The notes under the pieces were generated by a model that worked only from the letters and a program-made list of their open reading frames with translations, searched no databases and was not told where the DNA came from. From IMG/VR virus record IMGVR_UViG_3300045988_114464, positions 1-64,000 of that record: a DNA stretch of 64,000 nucleotides, one strand, 5' to 3'. A program made the position numbers and the translations under genes. The stretch is from a virus. Below, in pieces: positions 16,545-26,226 of the stretch. Positions within the stretch are counted from its first letter, which is position 1, and every line of letters begins with the position of its first letter.

Positions 16545-16701
16545 ATATTTCTCCTACGCTGACGAGACGCAGGAGAGAAATTAAATTGTATGCCGACACG
16601 TTTGAGCGTGTCTATTAAATTGTTTGTCTGCCGTACCAGACGGTGTGTGTGAGTGGAGTTTTTGCTCACGGACAATAAAATTTACCTTGTACGGAAGGCA
16701 T

Positions 16702-16777
16702 TGGTCTACCATCGCAGGCTCGAACTGCGGACTTCTTGATTAAAAGTCAAGTGCTCTACCAACTGAGCTAATGGTAG
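16702..16777 (-). tRNA. tRNA-Lys (UUU)
   Basis: Acceptor CTACCAT/ATGGTAG, D arm GCTC-AGTTGGTA-GAGC, anticodon stem CTTGA/TCAAG, loop CTTTTAA, T arm CGCAG-TTCGAGC-CTGCG, encoded CCA. Confidence 0.85.
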
Positions 16778-16945
16778 ATTTGATTGGGGCATATGCCCCA
16801 TCACTTATCGCAGATTGTAACGGTCTACACCGCGCATATTCTTCTGCATCTCAAGGTTTGCTTCATACAGACCACGGAAGAAATGCTTGATATTGCTCTT
16901 AACGCCCATTGGTTTCACTTCCTTTCTGATTACTTTAGTATTATA

Positions 16946-17575
16946 TCACATAACAACTAAGTTGTCAAGTGCTTTTTTAACTTTATTTTTCATTTCTTCT
17001 CGCTCTTTCTTAGAGTCATATCTCATGCGACAATAAGGGCGAGTGCCTTCTCTGTAATGTTTCTGCAAAATTCGTATTTGCTTATTTACCATTTCTTTAG
17101 AAACATCTAACTTATCAGCCACTTCTTGACACGTTTTACATTCTGTTAGCTTTGCGTATATGACTTTAAGCATAGCAGTCGAAGCATACTCGATAAACCA
17201 ATCAGCCCAATCTTTACCAGCAACATATTCTTCATTCTTTGCGCCACTGTCAATAACAGCTTCAAGCGGTACATCTTCATTATAGACGGTTTTAACTTCA
17301 GTGTTCAATGAAATAACACGACTATCATTGCGCTTCTTTGCTAACTGAGTGCGCTTTGCCTTTTTTACTTCATTGTGCATACAGTAATAAGCAAATGTAC
17401 TAAAGCGGTTACTGCCATCATAAGCCATACCAGCCTTGCACAAACCAATAGCACAAATGTCATACCATGTGTTGAAGTCAAGTTTATACTTTGTTAAGAA
17501 GCCGTAGATTAAATCGTGATTATCTTCGACTAATTTCTTCTGCTCAGTATTTAATTTGATATTTGGCTTGCTCAT
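16946..17575 (-). CDS. sigma-70 family sigma factor
   Basis: Region 2-like DLIYGFL...DICAIGLCKAGMAYDGSNRFSTFAYYCMHNEVKK and a region 4-like HTH TCQEVADKLDVSKEMVNKQIRILQK. Confidence 0.7.
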   Translation of the reverse strand: MSKPNIKLNTEQKKLVEDNHDLIYGFLTKYKLDFNTWYDICAIGLCKAGMAYDGSNRFSTFAYYCMHNEVKKAKRTQLAKKRNDSRVISLNTEVKTVYNEDVPLEAVIDSGAKNEEYVAGKDWADWFIEYASTAMLKVIYAKLTECKTCQEVADKLDVSKEMVNKQIRILQKHYREGTRPYCRMRYDSKKEREEMKNKVKKALDNLVVM

Positions 17576-17774
17576 AACAGTTGTTTCCTTTAGTTTGAAA
17601 TAATGGAGCGAATGACGGGTACTGCCCCCGCGTCCTCAGTTTGGGAAACTGAAATTCTACTATTGAACTACATCCGCATATGATAACAGGGAATGAGTTA
17701 GAAAGAAGGTATGTCAAAAGAAGGAGAAAAAATCTCATTCCCTGCTATTTATTTATATTTGTTATGCTTAGAAG

Positions 17775-17912
17775 TTATCGCTTAAACTTCGGCAGAAGAT
17801 TATGATTTGCGTCCTCAAGCATATTCTGCACTGCAAGGTCATACTTCTGCTTCTCGGTCATAGGCTTGTTCTTCTTTTCGTTTTCCTTTGCTCGGCGGTT
17901 ATTCTTTGCCAT
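17775..17912 (-). CDS. small basic protein (not in ORF track)
   Basis: AAAGGA SD followed by MAKNNRRAKENEKKNKPMTEKQKYDLAVQNMLEDANHNLLPKFKR. Confidence 0.35.
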   Translation of the reverse strand: MAKNNRRAKENEKKNKPMTEKQKYDLAVQNMLEDANHNLLPKFKR

Positions 17913-17934
17913 TTTCGTTTCGTTCCTTTCAAAA

Positions 17935-18591
17935 TCAGTTTACAAGGTATACATTTCTATATTGAACTCCCCAACTATCTGCTTGACCATAGCCAACCAG
18001 TAAGTCGAAGCGATTCGACCCTTTAATTGCCCCACCACAATCCTGTGCTGACACATATCCTACACCTTCGATATAGAACTTTGTGCCATATCGCCAATAG
18101 GATGGGTCAATAGCTACAATAGACCACTCATTACCAGCAAGGCTACGACCTGTTGCTGTCAATGTGCTACCGCCATTCTCTGACGGACTTGGCGTATATG
18201 CAGTAATTTTGAACTTGCCTAAAAGTCTCCCTTTAGAGTTCTCTTGAGCCTTCTTCTTAGCTTCTTCTTCAGCCTTACGCTTTGCTTCTGCTTCGCGTTC
18301 AGCCTTGAGAGCCTTGTTATAATCTTCTGTTAGTGCTACTACGGTTTCATTATGCTCATCCCACTTATCCTTGGCATGGAGAATAATGAAATCGTCCTCT
18401 TCTGCTCCCAGTGTTCTTGCACATTCAGCAAGCTGGTGAGCAGTGTTTCGCATTGTGATTGCTTCATCGAGATTGGATTTAATCTCCGCACTTGTTTGCG
18501 TCTGGCTTGAAGCAAAAGCCGATGTAGAAAGACATACACCAACCATCACTACGGTAGCGAAACTTTTTGTTAGTTTGTTTCCAAACTGCAT
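17935..18591 (-). CDS. secreted 3D-domain protein (cell-wall-active candidate)
   Basis: Signal peptide VVMVGVCLSTSAFA, a coiled EAK-rich linker, and a C-terminal FKITAYTPSPSENGGSTLTATG...VAIDPSYWRYGTKFYIEGVGYVSAQDCGGAIKGSNRFDLLVG that matches the 3D-domain pattern. Confidence 0.7.
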   Translation of the reverse strand: MQFGNKLTKSFATVVMVGVCLSTSAFASSQTQTSAEIKSNLDEAITMRNTAHQLAECARTLGAEEDDFIILHAKDKWDEHNETVVALTEDYNKALKAEREAEAKRKAEEEAKKKAQENSKGRLLGKFKITAYTPSPSENGGSTLTATGRSLAGNEWSIVAIDPSYWRYGTKFYIEGVGYVSAQDCGGAIKGSNRFDLLVGYGQADSWGVQYRNVYLVN

Positions 18592-18642
18592 TGGTATCGC
18601 GTCCTTTCGCTTATTTTGGTTTTTGTTTTAGCCCTTTTGGGC

Positions 18643-18716
18643 TGGTGGTTCGGGTGAATCCTGACATCACAATCTGCGGTTATGAGCCGCATCGTTTTCC
18701 TTTAGCGTACCGAACC
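18643..18716 (-). tRNA. tRNA-like, anticodon CAU (Met/Ile2), atypical D and T arms
   Basis: Perfect acceptor GGTTCGG/CCGAACC plus ACCA; anticodon stem TGCGG/CCGCA with loop CTCATAA. The D stem has only 2-3 bp and the T stem has a mismatch. Confidence 0.45.
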
Positions 18717-19263
18717 ATATATCGAGGGCATATTGCCCTCAGTATGTTATTTTGTTGAATGCTTTTTAGAGCAATCATATTCATAAAGCCAAGATTCATA
18801 GTCCTTGCTATGGTCATACTGATAACCCATGATACTTACCTCCTTCGTTTCACTTAAACATTCTACCACGACCTTTCGCCGTTGTCAAGTATGATTTTTA
18901 ATTATTGTGCTCTAAAAACCGCATCTACTCAAGCACTTGAATTTCCCCACACATCCGTCTCCAAGACAGAACTTGCCATTGCACCTCGGATAGTACAACT
19001 ACGACTATCAGTTCCGATGCTGACAGTATGAAATTCGTTACCGTTTTTTCTGCGAGTAAATCGCTGTGTTTGACTTCGCAGGACTTGAACCTGTAACTCA
19101 CTTACTTTCGCAAAGCGTGTTCCCTATTACACCATCAGTCAATATAAACCGTCTTTATTCATCAAACCTGCGGCAACAGGTAACGGTTGTGATGATTATT
19201 TTTGAAAGGAGTCGTGCTTCTGGTAGTAGAAGCACATGAAAAAATGAAAAAGATGTGGTCTAT

Positions 19264-19959
19264 TTAATCTTCTAACCCATAAACATTAAACCACGTTTGA
19301 TGTGATTTTCTTGTTTTGGTTAAGTCTTGTTTTCTTCTTCTAATAAACTCAACAACCATTTCTTTTGAATATTTTCTTAAAAGCATATTGATTGTATTTG
19401 TTCCGAGATTCAAAACATCAGCCCATTCTCGACCTGTATGTTCCTCTTCGTCTACTTTTAAGATTTTGGTTGTTGATTTGTATTTAGAATTATCGCTACC
19501 TGTAATCCATCGACAATTCTCAGGACAATAATCTTTAGATTCGTCAATACGGTCAATCGTTAAACCTTTTTGGTAGCCATTTGCCAAAGCCCATTGTTCA
19601 AACGAAAGTCTGTTTTCTAACCATTCTTCACAAATTTTAATACCCTTTTTGCCATACCATCGGTATGCTCTATCTTCTGGATTGTAGCATCTGGTAACAA
19701 TACCGTTAAAAATATGTTGCAGTCTTTTATTACTCCAACGATAATCACCTATATAATATTTTTTATTGTTTATTGTCACACAATGCTTGCATTGTCGAGG
19801 AATTTTAATATGCCTATATTGCATATCAGTTTCCCAGCCACATTCAACACATCTAACATGATACATTGTATGTCCATCATTTGATTTGAAATCACATTTA
19901 TACATGATTTCAAAAATACTTTGTACTGTTCCAACACAGTTCTTTTCTTGTTCTGTCAT
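19264..19959 (-). CDS. HNH homing endonuclease (free-standing)
   Basis: DRIDESKDYCPENCRWITGSDNSKY (HNH_3-like), N-terminal Cys clusters CVECGW...CKHC, and a C-terminal helix-turn-helix-like REWADVLNLGTNTINMLLRK. Confidence 0.6.
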   Translation of the reverse strand: MTEQEKNCVGTVQSIFEIMYKCDFKSNDGHTMYHVRCVECGWETDMQYRHIKIPRQCKHCVTINNKKYYIGDYRWSNKRLQHIFNGIVTRCYNPEDRAYRWYGKKGIKICEEWLENRLSFEQWALANGYQKGLTIDRIDESKDYCPENCRWITGSDNSKYKSTTKILKVDEEEHTGREWADVLNLGTNTINMLLRKYSKEMVVEFIRRRKQDLTKTRKSHQTWFNVYGLED

Positions 19960-20057
19960 AATTTCCGTCCTTAAATTATATTTTATAATCAAGGCTCAAT
20001 AAAGGCGGTATTGTTATCTCAACAAATAGCTAATTTGTTGCTACCCTTGATTATAAT

Positions 20058-20142
20058 TGGTAGGGGATGTGGGATGTGCGCCCACACGCCTTTCGGCACG
20101 AGTTTTTGGGACTCGCGAGTCTACTGGTTCCTCCAATCCCCC
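20058..20142 (-). tRNA. tRNA-Leu (CAA), class II with long variable arm
   Basis: Acceptor GGGGGAT/ATCCCCT, D arm GAG-GAACCAGTAGA-CTC, anticodon stem CGAGT/ACTCG with loop CCCAAAA (C33 is unusual), variable arm TGCC-GAAA-GGCG, T arm GTGGG-CGCACAT-CCCAC, ACCA. Confidence 0.65.
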
Positions 20143-20772
20143 ATATTCATTTTATATTTTCCACGGCATAGCCCATCACCGTGGTAGGGGTCTATTGGCT
20201 ATCAAAATACCCTTTGTGTAATTCTCTTGATTACCAGTCATCCCAATTCTTCATCTCAAAGAGAGTCAAGCATTATGGGATTAGCTTGATTTAATTTCAA
20301 ATTCTTATTTTTTGAAGAGTACGCTGACCAACTAACAAAGAACTTGAAGTGCTGTTCATCTCTGAACTGTTTATATTGTACCACACATTTTACTGTGTGT
20401 CAATACCTTTTTGAAAAATTTCTTTTTCAATTTTCCAGACGATGTGTCCAGACCTATATGTTTGACAATCATATCATATATTATACCATATATTTTTTGA
20501 TTTGTCAACCCTAAATTTGAATTTTGGATGAAAAATTTTGAATTTGAATTTTCCTGCTCGTTTTTCGATTTCGATTATCTAATTCATTTCTGCAATAAGA
20601 ATCTCAATTTCGATTTTCCAGCTATCAATTTCAATTTGAAATCTGGAACTCAAATCTCGATTTCAATTTTGCAATTATTTGTTTTTGAAACAGAACCAAA
20701 TAGCGTAAATAGTGATAATCATGCAAGTAATAAAACAAGCGAAGCACAATCCTTTAAGAAACATTAACTCTG

Positions 20773-21129
20773 TCATGTTGATTCCTCCTCTGGAAAGATG
20801 ACTTGAACTGTGACGTAAGCATTGAGAATCTTGAGCGTCACCGTATTAGAATTGTGCTCTTGCTCTAAAACTGATAACGTTTCTGTTATCGCGCCAAACA
20901 TCCGTGCAATATCAAATTCGTTTACATCGGGAAACAAGTCTGGATGATTGTTTATGTCAATATTGCAGTCTGTCATCATTGCTCGAATCCAACGATTTAA
21001 TTCATGGATGTCCATGTTTGCGTATCTTCGCACTGAACTCATTGCAATGTTCAGTCTTGTTTCCAAGCAATGACCGCACTGTAATATCATATCTGTTAGC
21101 CATCTCGTCACCTCCTTGACTGTGACCAT
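20773..21129 (-). CDS. hypothetical protein
   Basis: 118-aa ORF. Confidence 0.45.
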   Translation of the reverse strand: MVTVKEVTRWLTDMILQCGHCLETRLNIAMSSVRRYANMDIHELNRWIRAMMTDCNIDINNHPDLFPDVNEFDIARMFGAITETLSVLEQEHNSNTVTLKILNAYVTVQVIFPEEEST

Positions 21130-21164
21130 TGTATCACACCGTCACCAACTTGTCAACAACTTTT

Positions 21165-21314
21165 TCAAAAGAAAACAATCTTTAGCCACATCACTTTATC
21201 CACGATATTGGCTATTGTCAGTATCAGCATAGACGCTACAATGAACGATGACACAATCAGCCGTGCTACGTCCGCAGTATACATATCTTTCAGCGTTCTT
21301 AACTTTCTTTTCAT
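21165..21314 (-). CDS. small membrane protein (not in ORF track)
   Basis: AGGAGAATG SD followed by MKRKLRTLKDMYTADVARLIVSSFIVASMLILTIANIV... Confidence 0.4.
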   Translation of the reverse strand: MKRKLRTLKDMYTADVARLIVSSFIVASMLILTIANIVDKVMWLKIVFF

Positions 21315-21705
21315 GCGCTACATTCTCCTTTCTATCCTATCAGCCGTGAAAAATATATCCATACGCTAACCATCCCACACGCGATTCTGCCGTCTGTCAC
21401 ACAAGGAATAACCGTAGTACGAACCAAAGTATTAACTATTATATGAATAATATATATAATCAGAATTGAATTACTAATTAACTGATAACAATACCATCTA
21501 TTATTCATATGTATAGCGGGGGATTTTTCGCGTTCGCATAATGCGCGTGACCATCACCATATATAGGTGTGTATATGTGGGGAAAATTTTAATCTCGCGT
21601 AATGCGCGAAGGCTCTCCCCACCTTGCGGGAAAATTCCAAATCCTGTAAACTCTGGGGATTTTTGGAAAAACTTTAGCGATTTAACGCTTTAACACGCTA
21701 AAACC

Positions 21706-21790
21706 CTGTATTCCTATCGGAATTTCCTCAATCCCCTGCACTCCTATAGGAATTATCGGAAACTTTAATTCCCTGTATTCCTATAGGAAA
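21706..21790. promoter_or_regulatory. three CTGTATTCCTATAGGAA-type palindromic sites
   Basis: TTCCTATCGGAA 21711-21722, CTCCTATAGGAA 21741-21752, TTCCTATAGGAA 21778-21789. The same palindrome recurs at 28781-28792. Confidence 0.6.
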
Positions 21791-21944
21791 CACACCATAC
21801 AGAACCAACGACAAAAAGAAAAAGCGCAAAACCTAAACACTGAATAATCAGCGAATAAAGTTTTGCGCTTGCCGTGTCTTTTCCCTTGTGGGTAAGTGTC
21901 GCATATGCTGGAATTTAACCTTGTTCAATTTACTTGTCTATTGT

Positions 21945-21980
21945 ACCACAAAAAAAGAGCGCTTGTCAAGCGCTCTCTTT
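21945..21980 (-). terminator. rho-independent terminator
   Basis: AGAGCGCTTG-tca-AGCGCTCT stem (21956-21976), followed in minus sense by T7. Confidence 0.75.
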
Positions 21981-21986
21981 GAATTT

Positions 21987-22154
21987 TTATCGGTATTCAA
22001 TAACGAGTGTTTCGCCGTTATCTTCTACCAATAACACCGGAAGATTTTCCAGTGCTTGCGCTTGCGATTTTGCCATATAACGCAAATCGCTTTTCAGAAT
22101 CGCCCTATCTTCAAAAATAAGGCGTTTCCAATTCGGGAAATCTTTTACTTTCAT
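21987..22154 (-). CDS. hypothetical small protein (not in ORF track)
   Basis: TAGGAGGTG SD followed by MKVKDFPNWKRLIFEDRAILKSDLRYMAKSQAQALENLPVLLVEDNGETLVIEYR. Confidence 0.5.
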   Translation of the reverse strand: MKVKDFPNWKRLIFEDRAILKSDLRYMAKSQAQALENLPVLLVEDNGETLVIEYR

Positions 22155-22739
22155 TTTGTTTCACCTCCTATATATAATATATCACACTCAATAACATTTG
22201 TCAAAACATTTATTAAAATATATTGCACAAAAACTTTTTCAAATTTTGTTCATTATACCCTTGACTTTTTCATACTTTAACAGACTAAAGCAAAATGGGT
22301 ATCCTTCCCCTCCCCTCACTTGTGGCTTTCTCGGTACTGCCATTTCGCTAACCATTTTTTATTGTATCTATATTATAGCACTTTCGCGGCGTTTTACAAT
22401 AGGCAAACTGCACAAATTATCGTTTTCTTTTTGTGCGTTTTCCGTTCGTCCTTTGCTCCGCTCCTTCTCCGCTTCTGCTCCTGCTCTGCATATCCATAAC
22501 ATAACGATAAACGCACGAGAACGCGCTTAAAATCGTTTGTAAGCTGTTAGCCGTATAACTTAACCTTAAACGCCTAAAACGCAATATAGCGCATTCTCAG
22601 CCAATTATACTATATAGCTTTATAATCGGCTCAGAACGCGCCACAAGCGCACGAACGGGTAAAACCTATAAACATACGTCAGACCAACTAAAAACGATTA
22701 TAACGCATTCTCGTACCAAAGAAAGCATTTAAACGGCTA

Positions 22740-22781
22740 AAAACAGGCAAAAGAAAAGAACGGTTATCAAACCGTTCTTTT
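22740..22781 (-). terminator. rho-independent terminator overlapping the stop of 22767..23027
   Basis: AAAAGAACGGTT-atca-AACCGTTCTTTT (22754-22781), followed in minus sense by a T-rich run. Confidence 0.7.
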
Positions 22782-23027
22782 ACCTAAATATTCTTTTACT
22801 AATTCTGTTCCCATTCCCTTATATTTTTGCGGTTTACATTCATCCATTGCGTATTGTTCCGCGTTTGCTATAATATTCATAGCTTCATTTATTGAAATAA
22901 AGCCGCGTTCGCAATTATGAAGTGCGTTTTGAATACGTCTATTATAAAATTGTCCACAAACACTATTATATAAAAACGGATTATTTGCAAGCCTATAGTT
23001 TGCATACTCTTTAATAAATCTTTTCAT
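22767..23027 (-). CDS. hypothetical protein
   Basis: 86-aa ORF. Confidence 0.5.
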   Translation of the reverse strand: MKRFIKEYANYRLANNPFLYNSVCGQFYNRRIQNALHNCERGFISINEAMNIIANAEQYAMDECKPQKYKGMGTELVKEYLGKRTV

Positions 23028-23554
23028 CTTTCAAACCTCCTCGACAAGTAAAATCGTGATTTCGGGATTCCAAACAAAATTAAAGTATTCTTCCCACGAG
23101 TCAAAAAAGCCATCGTTCAAAGTGCCCTTCAAAGTCCACATAGCATAAACTTTATTCATTGTTTACACCTCCACCAATTCAAAAATATCTTCAAACTTTA
23201 CCGCGCTTGTATCATCGCCATAATCATAATTGATTTTTGCGTATTCGTGCGCCTTCGTGAACGTGTCGAACAATTCGCCCGTCTGCTTATCCTTCAACAT
23301 CTTGAAAATCTCCCTTCAAAAGTCGTTTGCTTTTGTTTACGTCTATAATTATATCATTTGTCCGCCCAAAGTCAAGAATTTTCCGCTAAAAATCTTCCGT
23401 CATTCTGCACAAATAAAAACTTTAATTTTGTTTATTTTGACATTGAATTTTCTTGACTTTAGCGTTATAATTATGTTAGTTTGGAAGAGCATTATATAAA
23501 AAAAGAAAACGGAACATAGAAAAAGCTGGAAGTTATGCGCTCCCAGCTTTTTGT

Positions 23555-24091
23555 TTACTTGTTCATAAGTCTTGTCAACTTTGCAAACTGTTCATGATTA
23601 GTATTAGATAAAATTGCGATAGAAACATCTAAATTCATATAAACACACATTGTAAAAATAGTGTTTCTTAAATATGCTTTGCCAAATGTACACCATCGAA
23701 TAGGCTTGACATATTTTTCATCATATGCGAACAGCTTTTCGCCGTCTGTAAAAGCGTAAATTGTGCGCCATGCATCTTCTGCGCTAACGCCAGTATAGTA
23801 CAGCGAACCATCTTCTAATGTTGGCATAAATTCCGCTATTGTCTGCTCACTCTTAACGCAATAATCGCCCAAACACCTAACGCAAAAATTGCCGCCAGCG
23901 ATAAAATTAAACGTTTCTTGCAGAAAATCAATCATATTTTCGCGGACAACGGCAAAACTTGCAATAAATTCGCCGTTAGAAAAATAAATAGTTGCATCCT
24001 TGCGCTGAATATATACTTTCCTCTGTTTCGTCTCCTTCTTCGCCAACTTGATATAATATTCAAGAACTTTTTCAGCACTCATCTTTTTCAT
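23555..24091 (-). CDS. hypothetical protein
   Basis: 178-aa ORF preceded by conserved leader copy 1. Confidence 0.5.
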   Translation of the reverse strand: MKKMSAEKVLEYYIKLAKKETKQRKVYIQRKDATIYFSNGEFIASFAVVRENMIDFLQETFNFIAGGNFCVRCLGDYCVKSEQTIAEFMPTLEDGSLYYTGVSAEDAWRTIYAFTDGEKLFAYDEKYVKPIRWCTFGKAYLRNTIFTMCVYMNLDVSIAILSNTNHEQFAKLTRLMNK

Positions 24092-24130
24092 TTTTCAACA
24101 CTCCATTTCAAATTTGTTCCCGTGTGGTAT

Positions 24131-24166
24131 GGTTGCGGACTTTTTAAGGGTAAATCCGCGAGAACC
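24131..24166 (-). promoter_or_regulatory. conserved leader hairpin, copy 1
   Basis: GGTT-ctc-GCGGA...TCCGC-AACC in minus sense, inside an approximately 85-nt repeat shared with 25638-25723. Confidence 0.6.
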
Positions 24167-24175
24167 TTTGAAACG

Positions 24176-24736
24176 TTAGAAAGTGGTATCTAATACCAGA
24201 TAATACAAATCATTATTTTCATTCTTGAAGCTATCTTTTGCAAGATTCTTTCGTACTTCTTCAATAGCTTTTTTATAGTTTGTAAATGCTGTTTTAGCAT
24301 TTTCTTTTTGCTTTTTCAAATCTTCAAGCCGATTCGCCAGATATTCGATACGGTTTGCAATTGCTTCTTTAATATCCTCCATATCATAAATATAAATCTG
24401 ATTCAACATTGTGATTTTAGGCGCAAGATTTTCTGGTTTGCGTGTCGGCTTGTCACTGTTGCTCATATACTTTACAATTTCGTAACAGGAAATTGTATCT
24501 TTAATATATCCCGTATTCCGTGTGCAAGCATAAATTTCAAGTTCATTTTCGTGTGCTTGCATTGCGTAAGGATTAGGAACAAATTTTGCGCCTTTAAAAT
24601 TCTTGCTCATGTTCTTAAACGGCGTGCCGTCTTTCTTTGTCGGAAATGTCACGTTCTGCCACGCTTCAAGAAATGCGCCAGTTTCCGCAATTCTCTTGTC
24701 CATTTCCTTTTCGATATCCTCAATATTACGATACAT
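24176..24736 (-). CDS. hypothetical protein
   Basis: 186-aa ORF. Confidence 0.5.
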   Translation of the reverse strand: MYRNIEDIEKEMDKRIAETGAFLEAWQNVTFPTKKDGTPFKNMSKNFKGAKFVPNPYAMQAHENELEIYACTRNTGYIKDTISCYEIVKYMSNSDKPTRKPENLAPKITMLNQIYIYDMEDIKEAIANRIEYLANRLEDLKKQKENAKTAFTNYKKAIEEVRKNLAKDSFKNENNDLYYLVLDTTF

Positions 24737-24951
24737 ATAAAAAACTTCCTTTCAAAAACCGTTTGCCTTTCGACAATACTAATATATCACATTTGCGCTA
24801 TCTTGTCAAGCTAAAACTTCGATAATCTCAATATCTCTTTCAATGGTTTCCGCTCCATCGAAAAAGTCAAAATAAACCGTATTGTTTAAGATTTGAAAGT
24901 GCTTCACTTTTTCAAGTCGAACAATGCTAATTTCATCCCGAAAAATAACCG

Positions 24952-25212
24952 TCATGCTTCTACCTCCATTTTATCCACCTGTTTTTCTGTCCATAGCCAA
25001 CAACTAATTAAACCGTTGCGCGTCCATAGCTTGCAATTATGTTTTGACGGCTCACCCTTGCGAGGTCTATAACCTTGCGCTACCCAAAAGCCGTAAGTCC
25101 CCAATTTGAGGGAAGAGGGAATTTTGTTCTCCCTCTTATACTTCTCAAGCAAAAGCGCGTTTAACATTGTTTTCGTTTGTCTTGTCATGCCAATACCTCT
25201 TAACCGTAGCAT
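24952..25212 (-). CDS. hypothetical protein
   Basis: 86-aa ORF. An internal start giving MTRQTKTML is likely. Confidence 0.45.
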   Translation of the reverse strand: MLRLRGIGMTRQTKTMLNALLLEKYKRENKIPSSLKLGTYGFWVAQGYRPRKGEPSKHNCKLWTRNGLISCWLWTEKQVDKMEVEA

Positions 25213-25637
25213 TCGACAAGATAAATCTTTGTGCCATCAGGCTTGAGATATTCGCCCGCACACATCAGACAATCACGCATCGCGCTTTCTCCCATTCCGT
25301 CACATCCAACACTAAAGCGCATTCCCGCACGGCGCAAAGCGGATTCAAGAGCTGCGCTTGCTCTATGATAACCGTAACCGCCAGCCTTGCCAGCACCACG
25401 AGCAGACCCACAAGTATTATAATAATCATTATCATAATACCGAACATTCAGCCAAACCGAAGCGTAGTGGCAATTATCAGTTGCACCGAGTCGAGCGTCT
25501 ACCAACTCGACCATTTCACCATTTACAACGGTTACAACCTTGTAACCGTTGTAAAAGTGCTTTTCTTCGCGGTCACGGTATGCACGGGGCATATCCTGCG
25601 AGGGTACGAACGAAACAATCTTGTTTTCCATTTCCAT
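25200..25637 (-). CDS. hypothetical protein
   Basis: 145-aa ORF preceded by conserved leader copy 2. Confidence 0.5.
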   Translation of the reverse strand: MEMENKIVSFVPSQDMPRAYRDREEKHFYNGYKVVTVVNGEMVELVDARLGATDNCHYASVWLNVRYYDNDYYNTCGSARGAGKAGGYGYHRASAALESALRRAGMRFSVGCDGMGESAMRDCLMCAGEYLKPDGTKIYLVECYG

Positions 25638-25679
25638 TTTTCAACACTCCATTTCAAATTGTTTACGCTTTGCGCGTAT

Positions 25680-25715
25680 GGTTACGGACTTTTTAAGGAT
25701 AAATCCGTTAGAACC
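25680..25715 (-). promoter_or_regulatory. conserved leader hairpin, copy 2
   Basis: Same hairpin as copy 1, with a compensatory pair change (GCGGA/TCCGC becomes ACGGA/TCCGT). Confidence 0.6.
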
Positions 25716-25723
25716 TTTAAGCC

Positions 25724-25960
25724 TTAACCGAAAATAAAAACTGCGCTTGTGCGTGCCGTAATTGCGTAAAGCGTGCCACTGTTACGACCTTGCAACAACA
25801 TTCCGTTGCATCCATATACGCCAGCAGAATAGCCAACCTGCCGTAACCAACCTTCTTTCTTTTCCAGTTCCTCCCGCACGTTGTTGTCTGCGTTCGTGAT
25901 GTTCTCCGCGATTCCATCAGTTACCATTGCGCGAAGCTGTTTCTGTGTGTACTTAGTCAT
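25724..25960 (-). CDS. hypothetical protein
   Basis: 78-aa ORF. Confidence 0.5.
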   Translation of the reverse strand: MTKYTQKQLRAMVTDGIAENITNADNNVREELEKKEGWLRQVGYSAGVYGCNGMLLQGRNSGTLYAITARTSAVFIFG

Positions 25961-25989
25961 TTTGAATTGCTTCCTTCAAATTGTCGGTT

Positions 25990-26226
25990 TTATAATGCGG
26001 AATATTCTTTTTTATTCATTCCGCAAAATGCTTTAATGTGCTTTCCCGTTGTAACCGTCCAGCCGTTCCAATGCTTTACAAGTTCGCCGTTTGGCTTTCT
26101 CGAAATAATTTTAGTATTGTAAGAAAACAGCGTTTCCGTGCCGTCATCGCTAACTTCGACTACCGCTTTACAGCCGAAAGACTTTTGATTCTGCTCCGCT
26201 GTCGGCATAAGATAATATTTTTTCAT
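25990..26226 (-). CDS. hypothetical protein
   Basis: 78-aa ORF. Confidence 0.5.
   Translation of the reverse strand: MKKYYLMPTAEQNQKSFGCKAVVEVSDDGTETLFSYNTKIISRKPNGELVKHWNGWTVTTGKHIKAFCGMNKKEYSAL

Noticed and set aside
19070-19140. tRNA-like sequence with a good D arm (GTGT/ACAC) and T arm (CAGG-TTCAAGT-CCTG).
   Set aside because: The acceptor stem has two mismatches, there is no CCA, and the anticodon region folds only as CTTT-GCG-AAAG. It may be a degenerate tRNA remnant, so I do not call it.
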